Below, piece after piece: positions 39,692 to 53,421 of a DNA stretch of 64,000 nt. The notes below the pieces were generated by a model. That model searched no databases and was not told the DNA's origin. It saw only the letters and a list, made by a program, of their open reading frames with translations. Origin of the DNA: Octopus sinensis (lineage: Eukaryota). The stretch lies in the NCBI RefSeq assembly GCF_006345805.1, contig NC_043019.1:22939360-23003359 (forward strand). Direction: 5' to 3'. Every line of letters starts with the position of its first letter. Positions within the stretch are counted from its first letter, which is position 1. The position numbers and the translations under genes were made by a program.

Positions 39692-39904
39692 AAAATGTGA
39701 CCGTGTGTGTACCGTGGTGATTTTTTTTTCCTCCGTCTTCCCTTCTTTGGATCTTTCCTTTTCCTATGTTTTCTGACGAAGAGCTCTGCTCAAAACGTTA
39801 AACCCCTCCTTCTTTCTTTATTTCCTGAGCGTCCAATAATACTATACTTGTTCCACGTCGTCGCGTTGGTTGTGTTTTCTCTTTCTCTTTTCATGTTTGG
39901 ATTA

Positions 39905-39908
<4 letters not shown>
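39692..39908 (+). mobile_element. Hammerhead-bearing ~215-bp element, copy 2 (G12>A in core)
   Basis: TTTTCTGACGAAGAGCTCTGCTCAAAACGTTAAAC at about 39769-39803; (TA)-rich repeats on both sides. Confidence 0.75.
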
Positions 39909-39945
<37 letters not shown>

Positions 39946-40659
39946 TATATATATGATAATATATATATGCATTGTATACTATGCATTCCTGCATATGCAC
40001 ACGCACACACATGTATCTTTATATCATTGTTTGCTTTGGACCCATATAAGGTCTGATCAAACATCGTTGTGATCAAAGAACATCCAGCCATGACCGACCC
40101 ATTTATTTCTATATCAGCCATGAGAAGTGCTATTGATTCTGACAGCATTTCAGTAGAAACTATTTAGCCACAAACAAAGACATCAATACTTTTTAGATCT
40201 CCAATTCTATTGTTTTCATTTTCTCAACTATATATATATATATTTACAATATACATATATACACATGTGTATGTGTGTGTGTGTGTGTCTGTGTGTGTGT
40301 TTCTGTAAACATAAAAACAGTGAACATCACTGGATGAAGGACTTACCATTGGTATGGAATGTGATATCTTTAATAATGTTATTGACTCGGACTTTGAAGT
40401 TTTGCCAGTCAGCTTACTTCAACCGTTAGAATAAGCTGTCCAGTGGAGCTTCAAATTCACTCTCAGTAAAAATTATTAAATTTGTATTCAGACATACACA
40501 GGATCAAGTGTGGCTGTGTCAAAAGAAATTTGCTTCCCAACCACATGGATCTGGGTTCAGTTTCAGTATATGACACCCTTGGGCAAGTGTTTTCTATTAT
40601 ATCCTTGGGCCAACCAAAGCCTTGTGAGTGGATTTGGTGGACAGAAACTGAAAGAAGGT

Positions 40660-41060
40660 GGCAAGCTGGCAGAAACGATAGCATGCCGGGCAAAATGCTT
40701 AGCGGTATTTCGTCTGTCATTACGTTCTCAGTTCAAATTCCGCCGAGGTCGACTTTACCTTTCATCCTTTCAGGGTCGATAAATTAAGTACCAGTTACGC
40801 AGTGGGGTCGATGTAATGGACTTAATCCCTTCGTCTGTCCTTGTTTGTCCCCTCTATGTTTAGCCCCTTGTGGGCAATAAAGACATAAGAAACTGAAAGA
40901 AGTGGTTGGCATTAGAAAGGGCATCCAGCTGTAGAAACACTGCCAGAGCAGACTGGAGCCTGGTGCAGCCACCTGGCTTCCCTGACCCCAGTCGAACCGT
41001 CCAACCCATGTTAGCATGGAAAACGGACGTTAAACAATGATGATGATGATGATGATGATG
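40660..41060 (+). mobile_element. SINE B (40660-40887) following a SINE A head, followed by a family D tail
   Basis: AGAAACTGAAAGAAG precedes the B copy (40642-40656) and recurs after it (40888-40902), which is TSD-like. Confidence 0.75.
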
Positions 41061-41377
41061 ACGATACTTTGAGCCACTTCTAATTCATATTTGAATATTT
41101 TCCATGGCATGAAACATCGGGATATACCAGCAGGGAGGTTTTCAAACCATTTAGCATATACAGTCATAGTCAGTGAGATAGATTGCAGCAGGCCTTGTTT
41201 GGTACATGGCATTGAAAAGTCACTACAATGACAAAATGTCAATTGTCTTGCTTGCTTGACTTACTTTTGGATGTTTTAACACCAGGTGCATTGAGAATAT
41301 ATTCTCTTACAACTAAAATTACACAGCTGACCCACAAACTGACAAACGACAACACCTTTTGGTTTATTTTTTGATAT

Positions 41378-41461
<84 letters not shown>

Positions 41462-41491
41462 ATATTATAATTTATCATAGTTTCTTCTTAA

Positions 41492-41723
41492 GGCGGTGAG
41501 CTGGCAGAAACGTTAGCACACCGGGTGAAATGCGTACCCGTATTTCGTCTGTCGTTACATTCCAAGTTCAAAATTCCGCTGAGGTCGACTTTGCCTTTCA
41601 TCCTTTCGGGGTCGATAAATTAAGTACCAGTTAAGCACTGGGGTCGATGTAATTGTCTTAATCTCTTTGTCTGTCCTTGTTTGTCCCCTCTGTGTTTAGC
41701 CCCTTGTGGGTAGTAAAGAAATA
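41492..41723 (+). mobile_element. SINE family B, full length
   Basis: Consensus; TATCATAG(T/C)TT occurs on both sides. Confidence 0.85.
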
Positions 41724-41769
41724 TATATATATATCATAGCTTTTTAAATATTGCTTTTGTATTAGGGTG

Positions 41770-41912
41770 TGTTTTGCCACAGGTAGGTGGGTCTTCTATT
41801 GCCCCTCATAGTATCACCAGTCAATATAGTTCTTTGTCATCTCATCTGTGAGGTGTAACATCTTCAGGTCAACCTTTACCACTTTGTCCCAAGTCCTTCT
41901 TGGTCTCCCTCT
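41770..41912 (-). pseudogene. RTE LINE ORF C-terminal fragment
   Basis: RGRPRRTWDKVVKVDLKMLHLTDEMTK. Confidence 0.7.
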
Positions 41913-41919
41913 TCAAAAG

Positions 41920-42667
41920 GTGCAATAAAAGAGAATGAAAGAAATGAGGAGGGGCAGGAAAAGGAAAAGAAAGAAAGAGATAACAATAGAATGGATGAGT
42001 GACTGAATGAATGAAAGGGGGAAGGAAAGAAGGGAAGAAGGAACAAAAGAAAAAAAGGAGAAAGAAAGAAAGAAAGAAAGAAGCAATAACAAATATATAA
42101 CAAATCTAGTAAAAGAGAGAGATAGAGAGAATGAGTGAATGAATGAAAGATCAACAGACAAAAATAGAAAAAAAGAAGGAAAAAGAAAGAAAGAAAGGAA
42201 GAATGAAAGAAAGAAAGAAAGAAAGGAAGAAAGAAAGAAAGAATGAAAGAAAGAAAAGCCAATACAAATATATAACAAAGCTAGTAAAAGAGAGAGATAG
42301 AGAGAATGAGTGAAGAAGAAAGATAAGAGACCGAAATAGAAAAAAAAGAGAAAAAAAAGAAAGAAAGAAAGAAAGACAGAAGAAAGAAAGAAAGAAAGGA
42401 AGAAAGAAAAGAAAGAAAGAATGAAAGAAAGAAAGAAAGAAAGAAAGGAAGAAAGAAAGAAAGAATGAAAGAAAGAAAGAAAGAAAGAAAGGAAGAAAGA
42501 AAGAAAGAATGAAAGAAAGAAAGAAAGAAAGGAAGAAAGAAAGAAAGAATGAAAGAAAGAAAGAAGCAATAACAAATATATAACAAAGCTAGTAAAAGAG
42601 AGAGATAGAGAGAATGAGTGAATGAATGAAAGATCGAGAGACAGAAATAGAAAAAAAGAAGGAAAAA

Positions 42668-42707
<40 letters not shown>

Positions 42708-42860
42708 GAAGGAAGAAAGAAAGAAGAATGAAAGAAAGAAAGAAAGAAAGAAAGAAGCAATAACAAATATATAACAATGCTAGTAAAAGAGAGAGATAGA
42801 GAGAATGAGTGAATGAATGAAAGATCGAAATACAGAAATACAACACAGACAGACAGAAAA
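41920..42860. repeat. (GAAA)n-rich compound tandem repeat with four copies of an ~85-bp core
   Basis: GCAATAACAAATATATAACAAAGCTAGTAAAAGAGAGAGATAGAGAGAATGAGTGAA at about 42083, 42258, 42566 and 42757. Confidence 0.9.
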
Positions 42861-43367
42861 ACCGAAAATGAAAGTTCATTGACTGACAGACAGACAGAAG
42901 AGAAATGTGTAATGGGAAAAATTGAGAAATATGTAATGGAAAAAGTTGAATGAAGAGCAAGAATTTCTTCAGCTCTGTTGAACTATTCCAAAGGAAATTA
43001 ACTGTCTTGTTAGGATATTCCAAGAATAACTATCTCCACCAGACCATTTCTACAACTGAGAACATTCACAGCAACAACAAGAACAACAACGACGAAATGC
43101 TTGGTTGAAAGTGTTATGGTTAGAAAACTCTGGCCGTGTGGTAAAGACGTTCACATTGCAATCACAAGAGTCTGGGTTCAATCCGACCATTTGGCCTTTT
43201 AGACAGACAAGTGTTAGACAACAGCCTCACTCTGAGCAATGAGTGAAAATAAGTGGTAAGCGGAAACTGTATGGAAGCCTCTTACACATACACATATGTA
43301 TATAGGGTTGATGTAATTCACCAGTCCCCTCTACCAAAGTTTCAGGCCTTGTGCCAAAATTTGAAAC

Positions 43368-43413
<46 letters not shown>

Positions 43414-43675
43414 GTCATCATCGTCATCATCACTCTTCTTCTTCTTCTTCTTCTTCTTCTTATTATTATTATTATTATTATTATTAGCTAGGCTCTAAAG
43501 TTAGAGGGAGTAAGCACATAATAAAATGATACAAAAACATTTCACTTAACCCTGGAATGTCTACCTTTATAAGTATACTGTAATATCCTTGGCACTTATG
43601 TGAATTTTTGCTATCCTGGTAACTATTTATTAATTTTTTCCTTGTTATTTCTACACATTGAAAAAATACACATAC

Positions 43676-43716
<41 letters not shown>

Positions 43717-43887
43717 AAAAAGCACCCACTACACTCACGGAGTGGTTGGCGTTAGGAAGGGCATCCAGCCGTAGAAACACTGCCAGATCTGACTGGGCCT
43801 GATGAAGCCTTCCGGCTTCACAGACCCCAGTTGAACCGTCCAACCCATGCTAGCATGGAAAACGGACGCTAATGATGATGATATGAT

Positions 43888-43932
<45 letters not shown>

Positions 43933-44502
43933 CATCTCCATCATCGTCATCATCATTTAACATCTGTTTTCTATGCTAGCATGGGTGGAATAGTCTGACA
44001 GGAGCTGGTAAGGGCAGAAGCTGCGTCAGATTCCACAGTCTGTTTTGATTTGGTTTCTACAGCTGGATGCTCTTCCTAATCCCAACCAATTTACAAGGAT
44101 CACTGGGTGCTTTTTACATGGGACCAACAACAATGCTTTTTGCATGGCATCATTACCAGTGCTTTCTATGCGAAACCAGCATGTATTGAGTGATCCTTAG
44201 GCTTAATGTTAAACTGATTTTAGATGCAGGTACAAAAAAGCATAATATACAAACCCATATATACACACATACAAAACACACGTATACATGCCAAACACAT
44301 GGACACACACATACACACACACACAGATTCAGATGTTAACACATGCACGGTTAGTGATATATACCAGAGAAAGACAAAATGGAATATGCAGGGCAAGACC
44401 AGAGAGGAGTAGAGACACGAGGGAAAGGAAGCAGTTGCAGAGGTCAAGGAATGTGTAACGAAAGAACTCTGACAAACTAATAATAATAATAATAATAATA
44501 AT

Positions 44503-44537
<35 letters not shown>

Positions 44538-44543
44538 GGACTG

Positions 44544-44597
<54 letters not shown>

Positions 44598-45103
44598 TAA
44601 TAATAATAAAGGGAAGATCAAATAAAGAGTGTTGGCAAAAGATGACCATCCACAAATACAACTTTGTTTTCATTATAACTTGACATAAAAGCAAATATTG
44701 ATCTATCTATCTATCTATCTGTCTATCTGTCTGTCTGTCTATCTCTCTGTCTATCCATCTCTCTCTCTATATATATATATATATTACATGCATATGTATA
44801 TATGTATATATATACACACACAGACCCACACACGCATGCACACACATGTACACGCGTGCGCACACCACCACACACACATATATAAATATTGGATGCATCT
44901 CATTTCTACAAAAGCTCAGAATATGTTGACTGTAATATTGTAACAAGATATATATATATATACATATAATATATATACACACACACACACACACATATAT
45001 GTACATATGTACATACACACACACACATAATATATATATATATATATATATACATATTTACATGTATGATATATATATATATATACATATATTTACATGT
45101 ATG

Positions 45104-45184
<81 letters not shown>

Positions 45185-45551
45185 ATATTACAATACATAT
45201 ATATATATATTCAGCTATATTCAACCATGATGTGAAATACTGAACTTTTTACTGTTATTTTTTCTGTTTCATTAATATTTCTATCAAACACATTTCGTTT
45301 TGTTTTCTTCCTTCTTCTGTATGCTTAATATAAGTACTTCTGCATGTGTGTGTGTGCACATGCATGTACATTTGTGCACAAATACTGCACTGCTTTGAAG
45401 ATGTGATATTAAGGTGTAATAACTTCATGCATATTTAACCAATATTGAGACAGGTCATAAGGGTGACAGCTATCAAACGAGGCAGTAAAACAGTTCAATT
45501 GCATTGCTTAATTTAGTAGAAGTAGTGTTGTTGTTGTTGTTGTTGTTATTA

Positions 45552-45595
<44 letters not shown>

Positions 45596-46013
45596 GTAGT
45601 CGTCATCGTCGTCGTCGGGCATCCAGCTGTAGAAACACTGCCAGATCAGACTGGAGCCTAGTGCAGCCTTCCCGGTCGAACCGTCCAACCCATGCTAGCA
45701 TGAAGAATGGATGTTAAACGATGATGATGATTATTATTATCATTATTATTATTATTATTATTATTATCATTATTATTATTATTATTATTATTAAGATGGG
45801 GAGCTGGCAGAATCGTTAGCATGCCAGGCAAAATGCTTAGTGGTATATCATCTGCTGCTACATTCTGAGTTTAAATTTCGCGAGGTCAACTTTGCCTTTC
45901 AATCTTTTGGGGTCGGTAAATTAAGTACCAGTGAAACACTGGGGTCAGTGTAATCGACTAGTCCCCTTCCTCCAAATTCCAGGCCTTGTGCCTTCAGTAG
46001 AAAGGATTATTAT

Positions 46014-46248
46014 TATTCTGTTGTGTCTGGGGAGAGTCATTCTCTTTTAGTGCCTTATTATTTAACACACTCACCGGTAAAATTTCCACTTATTTCTTAT
46101 TTTCATTCTCTAAAATTTTCATTGCGTCTTGCAAACCTTTTCAATAGTTTAGAGAATAAAAATAAGAAATAAGTGGAAATTTTACCGGTGAGTGTGTTAA
46201 ATAATAAGGCACTAAAAGAGAATGACTCTCCCCAGACACAACAGAATA
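46014..46248. repeat. Near-perfect inverted repeat: 101-bp arms, 33-nt spacer (foldback or MITE)
   Basis: 46014-46114 versus 46148-46248, one mismatch seen by eye; TA at both outer ends. Confidence 0.95.
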
Positions 46249-46379
46249 TGCTTCAACACACAAACTTATATAAAGAATCTTGCAAACCGAATCCAAAAAC
46301 GAAATATTATTATTATTGTTATTTACTTTTAATCCGCATGTTTGTTACAATCACTTGCCGAGACACTCCCGGCATCCTA

Positions 46380-46482
46380 AGGCTTTCTGAACTTTGCCCA
46401 GGCTATTCTTATTCTAGCAGCTACACTCTCAGAGTATTCACCCCAACTACTAACTTGGTCACCTAGGTAACGGAGGCTATCA
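46380..46482 (-). pseudogene. RTE LINE RT C-terminal scrap
   Basis: DSLRYLGDQVSSWGEYSESVAARIRIAWAKFR, homologous to 56260-56380. Confidence 0.75.
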
Positions 46483-47279
46483 AGTGCTTATTGTATCTGA
46501 TTCTCACAAACGGAAGACATCTTTTTGATTGTCCTTTCTAAACACATTTTACTTCAGATATTACCAAAATGAAATGTTCTTTGGAACTAACTGTAAAGTA
46601 AGTATAATTTCTAAAGGAAAGACTGTCTGATAACCAGGCATAGACAACAGACAAAATATAGACTTGTTTCACAACTTACATTTTCACATCCAAAATGGCT
46701 ACCATATATATTTATGCTACAAGATTAAACAATATAATGGCAAGAAAAACGATAAAAAAAACAAAATACATAACTAAATGGATTGGAAGAGAAAGAAAGT
46801 TAACATTTTAGCGAACAATTAATAGCAGAAAATATCCTCAATTTTCTTCAAGAAAACTGAAGATAGCAACAGTAATAACCATATCAATAGCAACAACAAC
46901 ACTCGTATCATGCCAAATACCGAAGTGCATTCATATAGCAGCTGGGTGAAGACGAAACTTCCTTCAATGCAAAATTGGCAGAGTTTTTATACCTACAGTC
47001 AAAAGCGAGGAAAATGTAGATGTTGTAAAAAACCCAACAGCAGTTCAATGCCACAAGTTTGAATCCAGCAGAGGGTAAAGAGAAAAATTACAAACATGTG
47101 CTTATAGAAAGACAAGTGAATTAAATTATTTAATTTTCCCTCATGTCAAGTAATACAAAGTCTCCAGGATGTATCAGGAGAAATTATCTCAGTTGATGAA
47201 AGTTAAAACTGGGACATTATTTGCTGTATCTTTAAGAAGCCAAAACACAGGTTGAACTTGTCCAACATACCTCTGACTG

Positions 47280-47511
47280 AAGGCAGTGAGCTGGCAGAAA
47301 CATTAGCACACTGGGCGAAGTGCTTAGCGGTATTTCATCTACCGTTATGTTCTGAGTTCAAATTCCGCCGAGGTTGACTTTGCCTTTCATCCTTTCAGGG
47401 CTAATAAATTAAGTACCAGTTACACACTGGGGTCAATGAAATTGACTTAATCCCTTTGTCTGTCCTTGTTTGTCCCCTCCGTGTTTAGCCCCTTGTGGGC
47501 AATAAAGAAAT
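47280..47511 (+). mobile_element. SINE family B with perfect 16-bp TSD
   Basis: AACATACCTCTGACTG at 47264-47279 and 47512-47527. Confidence 0.92.
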
Positions 47512-47864
47512 AACATACCTCTGACTGTACATCTGTATCCCAGTAAATCATCATCATCGCTTAACATCCGCTTTCCATGTTAGCATGGGTTGGACAGTTC
47601 AATCAGGGTCTGGGAAGCCAGGAGGCTGCACCAGGCCCAGTCTGATCTGGCAGTGTTTCTACAGCTGGATGCCCTTCCTAATGCCAACCACTCCGTGAGT
47701 GTAGTGGGTACTTTTTACGTGCCACCAGCACAGGTGCCAGGCGGGGTTGGCAACGGCCACAATTGGTTGGTCTGAGAAATAGGTCTGAGAAATACAAGAA
47801 CCACAATAAAAGACATTTGGACATGACATAGACCCATGGCTAATAGTGACTTATGGCACAGTAT

Positions 47865-48095
47865 GAGGGGAAAGATAAAAGGTAAAGTTACCTTCTTGAG
47901 TCGTACTGGCTCATAAGAGCCAATTTCCCAGTTTCATGGTATATGCATTCCCCTCCAGGATGGGAGGTTTGTCCATCACAGGATTATTCCTTTTTGCCAG
48001 CTGAGTGGACTGGAGCAATGTGAAATGAAGTGTTTTGCTCAAGAACACAATGTGCTGCCGAGTCCAGGAATTGAAACCACAATCTTATGATCATT
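47865..48095 (-). mobile_element. SINE with a family-C-type head and CORE-like block but a different 3' tail
   Basis: GGTTTCAATTCC, GTGTTCTTGAGCAAAACAC, CCTGTGATGGAC, tail GACTCAAGAAGGTAACTTTACCTTTT. Confidence 0.55.
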
Positions 48096-48659
48096 TTATA
48101 AATATACATAAATATAGATATATCTACAGACGCCCTAACCAATAAACCATGCATCTCCATTGGCATGGGAGAGGGGTCAGTGCATGATTTTTCTTTACTT
48201 CTCCCTCTCACACCCAGATTCTCTCCCTTACTGCTTTCTATCTACATATACAGGTTCACATTGCCAAGAGGCAGCAGAATAGATTTACAAGTTCTAATGA
48301 CCTCTGAAGACCACAGTGTCATATCAGTAGAAGGTGCCAAGATAAAGGGCATGTGATTAATGATACAGGGCCGAAAGCCTAGTTTTTATGTTTATCAGAG
48401 TAAAATACATTTTAGACTGATAAAATAGGAAAAAAAAGAACAAATAAAAATAATAAAAATCATGAGCAACAACAATAAGAACAACAAACCCCAGTTTCCA
48501 TGGCATCACCAGCCAAAGCCCATCACCATCGTCATCATCATAATCATCATCTAACATCTATTTTCCATGCTGACAAGGATCTGATGATTTGACAGGAGTG
48601 GTAAGGCCAAAAGCTACACCAAGTTCCATTGTCTGTTTTGGCATGGTTTCTCCAGCTGG

Positions 48660-48988
48660 TCCCAGACCGGGGCGTTGTGAGTGTTTATTGAGCGAAAACA
48701 CCTAAAGCACCACGAGGCTCCGGCAGGGGATGGTGGTGATCCCTGCTGTACTCTTTCACCACAACTTTCTCTCACTCTTACTTCCTGTTTCTGTTGTACC
48801 TGTATTTCAAAGGGCCGGCCTTGTCACTCTCTGTGTCACGCTGAATATCCCCGAGAACTACGTTAAGGGTACACGTGTCTGTGGAGTGCTCAGCCACTTA
48901 CACGTTAATTTCACGAGCAGGCTGTTCCGTTGATCGGATCAACCGGAACCCTCGTCGTCAGAACCGACGGAGTGCTTCCATCCATCCA
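48660..48988 (+). mobile_element. Retroposon sharing the SINE C 3' half, with (TCCA)n tail and 11-bp TSD, inside an antisense family D copy
   Basis: TCTCCAGCTGG at 48649-48659 and 48989-48999. Confidence 0.8.
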
Positions 48989-49101
48989 TCTCCAGCTGGA
49001 CGCCCTTCCTAATGCCAACCACCATACAGAGTGTACTGGGTACTTTTTAAGTGTCACCAGCTCCAGTGCTTTTTACATGGCAGTTCTGACAATTGTCCTA
49101 G

Positions 49102-50108
49102 TTAGGCCATAACCTGTGGCCCCTACCTAGGACGTAGTCAGTCCACCTGTGCATACCTTCCTTCTTGTGACACTTGTGAAGACCTGTTGAGGCAAGTGAA
49201 AATCAAAATCAAATCAAATCAAATCAAATCAAAATAGATGAACATTAATGGAATTTGTATCTTTGTGGTACCAGTGCTGGTGGCACACAAGAAAACCATC
49301 CGAACGTGGCCATAGCCAGTACCGCATCGACTGGCCTCCGTGTTGTGGGCACGTAACAAACACCATCCGATCGTGGCCGTTCGCCAGCCTCGTCTGGCAC
49401 CTGTGTCGGTGGCACATAAAAACACCATCCGATGACCCGGCAAGACTAGTCAGGCCATAACCCGTGGCCCCTACCTGGGACGTAGTCAGTCCACCTGTGC
49501 TTACCTTCCTTCTTGTGACACTTGTGAAGACCTGTTGAGGCAAGCGAAAATCAAAATAGATGAACATCAATGGAATTTGTACCTTTGTGGTACCAGTGCC
49601 GGTGGAACGTGGCACACAAGAAAACCATCCGAACGTGGCCGTAGCCAGTACCGCATCGACTGGCCTCCGTGCTGTGGGCACGTAACAAACACCATCCGAT
49701 CGTGGCCGTTTGCCAGCCTCATCTGGCACCTGTGTCGGTGGCACATAAAAACACCATCCGAGCGTGGGCCGTCTGCCAGCCTCGTCTGGCACCTGTGTCG
49801 GTGGCACATAAAAAAACACCATCCGAGCGTGGCCGTTGCCAGCCTCGTCTGGCACCTGTGTCGGTGGCACATAAAAACACCATCCGAGCGTGGCCGTTTG
49901 CCAGCCTCGTCTGGCACCTGTGTCGGTGGCACATAAAATCACCCACTACACTCTCGGAGTGGTTGGCGTTAGGAAGGGCATCCAGCTGTAGAAACACTGC
50001 CAGATCTGACTGAACTGGTGCAGCCTTCGGGCTCCCCAGACCCCAGTTGAACCGTTCAACTCATGCTAGCAGAGAAAGCGGACGTTAAATGATGATGATG
50101 ATGATGAT
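49102..50108 (+). mobile_element. RTE LINE 3' UTR with an internal ~330-bp duplication and a 61-65-bp minisatellite x4
   Basis: Unit AGGCCATAACC..GGCCCCTACCT at about 49104 and 49452; repeats at 49690, 49752, 49817 and 49878; family D tail and (GAT)n. Confidence 0.8.
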
Positions 50109-52439
50109 ACATACTATGGACATTTAAAAGACTTTGAATTATGAAGACAAAGTATCTTTCTCATGGCAAATGAAATGTCTTTAGACCCATTATTAAGAAA
50201 TAGATGAACAAACACCTTTCACTCTCACAGTGCCAACCTGTTGTAATATACCTTCGTCATGCAATGAGGGAGAAATAATAATTACAAATGAAAATTCTTC
50301 AATGATTGGTGAAACTATAAAAGGAGAAAAGTGGAAAAAAATCAATCACAGGGAAAGTAGACTCAAAATAAAACAACAAGAATAGGTGAGAATAAGCAAT
50401 TTGTTCTAAATGATAATGAAATCTCTCTTCAGGAAAATAACAAAGGAAATTGAAGAGAACAAAGTTGAACTAAGATTCATCGTTCTTTGAAAGTCAAACA
50501 AACTGTTAACAGGCAAAATTATGAATTGGGTACAACAAAGTTTTTGAAGAAATTAGAATGACACAAAGCAGTTAGGTTCAGAATATAAACAACATGCACA
50601 AGATAGATTACAAGTAAAAATATAATTAAGGCATTATGCCAAACTTAAAAGAGATTATCCTCAAAATACTGATGTTTTCAATATCAAATGTCTCCAAAAC
50701 ATGCTTACTAGTGCACTTGGTTGCATTTGAACACAATATGAGAAATGGTTGAGTGAACAGTGTTAGAGTGTCCTAATAGAACTTAGTCAATAATTTTATT
50801 CCCTTAAATTAGATCTCATTTTAATTATTGTTTTATTGTATTTCCATGTAAATATTTTATCTATTTCCATGTAAATATGTGTGTATATGCGTGCGTGTGT
50901 GAGTGTGCAGATATGGCTGCATATGTGTGCAGGTAGGTACTGGTGCTAAAAAGAAGAAAAGAACCCAGTAGACTCTGTAAAGTGGTCAGCATTGGGAAGC
51001 CATGCATGCCAAACCAGACATTAGCACATGACGCAGTCTTCCAGTTCATCAGACCCAACCAACCTCAAAGCCAGACATTAAATGATGATGACAACAATTG
51101 TGTATAGCAGGGTTCTGTGCGTGTGTTTGTGTGTGTGTATTCACACAGACATACACGTGTGAGCTAATATACTGGAACATATGAATACACAACCAATGAT
51201 ACAGAAGAGACACAATAATTAATTACGTAGGTTCTGTATAGTTTAAACTAACATGTAAGAGTACAAAGGAAATATACTCTGGGAGAGAGAGCAATACAGA
51301 ACATAACTTTTATAGAGTTTCATATATCATACAGAATCATGATATATCACACACAAACACACACACACACACACACACACACCACACACACACACACTAT
51401 GGTACATGACTATACCATTTAAAATAATACACTGAAACATGAAATATTCACAAGATAGAATATTTTGCCAGAAACACGTTTTGTTTTCTTTTTCAACTTA
51501 AGAATGTGTTTAAATGTTTTTTTTTAAAACCATATAGCTTGGAGAAAGAGCAGTCTTTTCCTTTGGCTAAAACGTGTACGTATGTGTGTGTGTGTGTGTA
51601 TATGTATGTATGTATGTATGTATGTCTGTACATGTGTATGTATGTATGTATATATGTACGTATGTATGTATGTAAGTATGTATGTACATGTGTATGTACA
51701 TGTGTATGTATGTGTGTATGTACGTATTTATGTATGTATGTATGTATGTGTGTGTGTATGTGCGTATACTGTATGTGTGTTTGCGTATATTTGAGTGTGT
51801 GTGTATTTAGTACTTATTGGAGGGTATGGGGGAATGGGGTTATTCCCAAGTGGTCACTGATGCAAAAACTAATCACACTTGACATTGATTAACTTTAGTG
51901 ATCAGATAAGAGATCAATGTTTTGAACTTGATAAGCTGGGAGCATGTGTGGAGCAGTGTGTGCGAGTGTGTCTGCATGTGTGTGCTATGTATGCATGTCG
52001 TATGTATGTATGTATGTATGTATATATGTTTGTATGATGATGTATGTAGTATGTATGTATGTATGTATGTATGTGTATATATGTATATAGATGTTGATGT
52101 TGTATGTATGTATGTATGTATGTCTGTATGTATGGTATGTATGTCTGTATGTATGTATGTATGTATGTTGTATGTATGTATGGTATGTGGATATGCAGTT
52201 TGTATATGTGAGATAGATGTATGTATCATGCCACGTTGAATGTGTATGAAACTTGTCAATCTGTGTACATATGTATGCATGTAATATATATATAGATATA
52301 TATGCAGTGTCCAGTGCATCATGTCTGGTATGTTACATGTATCATATATCATCATCAGTATAGAATATGTTGTGTCTGTAGTTATATCTATATTCTATAT
52401 TTGTGAACTGTATATTTAGCTAATAGAGTGTGTGTATGA

Positions 52440-52567
52440 CATACATATATAATACTATATATAATCTATATATATGTTAATATATATCGATATAAATACA
52501 TGATACATACATCATTACATAGATACATACATAGATATATACTACAATATATATTACATATATATAA

Positions 52568-52606
<39 letters not shown>

Positions 52607-52716
52607 CATCATACATTACATATATATAATACATATATACATATATATATATATATACATATACTATATATATATATATATCATAATAATACATTCTATA
52701 CATACATATATACATA

Positions 52717-52758
<42 letters not shown>

Positions 52759-53060
52759 CATATATATACATATATATATACATATCTATTAAATACATAT
52801 ATAGATACATACATACTACATATATACTATATATATATATATATATATATACATACATATGACACCATATATATATACATAATATATAATACATATTAGA
52901 TATTATATATATATATATAGATATACATTACAGATGATATAATATACATACAATCTAATACATAATATTACATAGATAACTACATATATTAATATATCTA
53001 TATATAAATATATATTACAAACCACACACACACATATTAAATATTATAATAATATCTATA
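52440..53060. repeat. Long degenerate (TA)n/(CATA)n tract
   Basis: Direct reading. Confidence 0.9.
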
Positions 53061-53352
53061 TTTTGTATTTAGGTGTCTGGTAGAAATTCTCCAGCCTGCT
53101 GATCTTTTTCACTCTCTTTATCTACTTCCATCCTCTTCTATCTCTCCGCTCTTCCTTATCTCTCTACTGTTTGTGTATGTATATATCTGTCTTACAATCG
53201 TGTGTGTTGTGTGTATTGTGCTTCTGTATTTCTCTTTGCACTTCTCACTCTCCCCCTCCTTCCTCTCTCTCATTCTCGTTGTCTTACACTCTGTTTCTCT
53301 CTCTCTGCCTGACTGCCATTCTGTCTGTCATTGTCTGTCTGCTTCTCTCTTG

Positions 53353-53421
<69 letters not shown>

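Noticed and set aside
40340-40445. Minus-strand GAAGT...ACTTC stem reminiscent of a PLE terminus
   Set aside because: Neither CUGANGA nor GAAA is intact.
46560-47270. A-rich stretch that might be a decayed LINE ORF; similar at 50110-50800
   Set aside because: No motif could be recovered by eye in any frame; it needs tblastx or a profile search.
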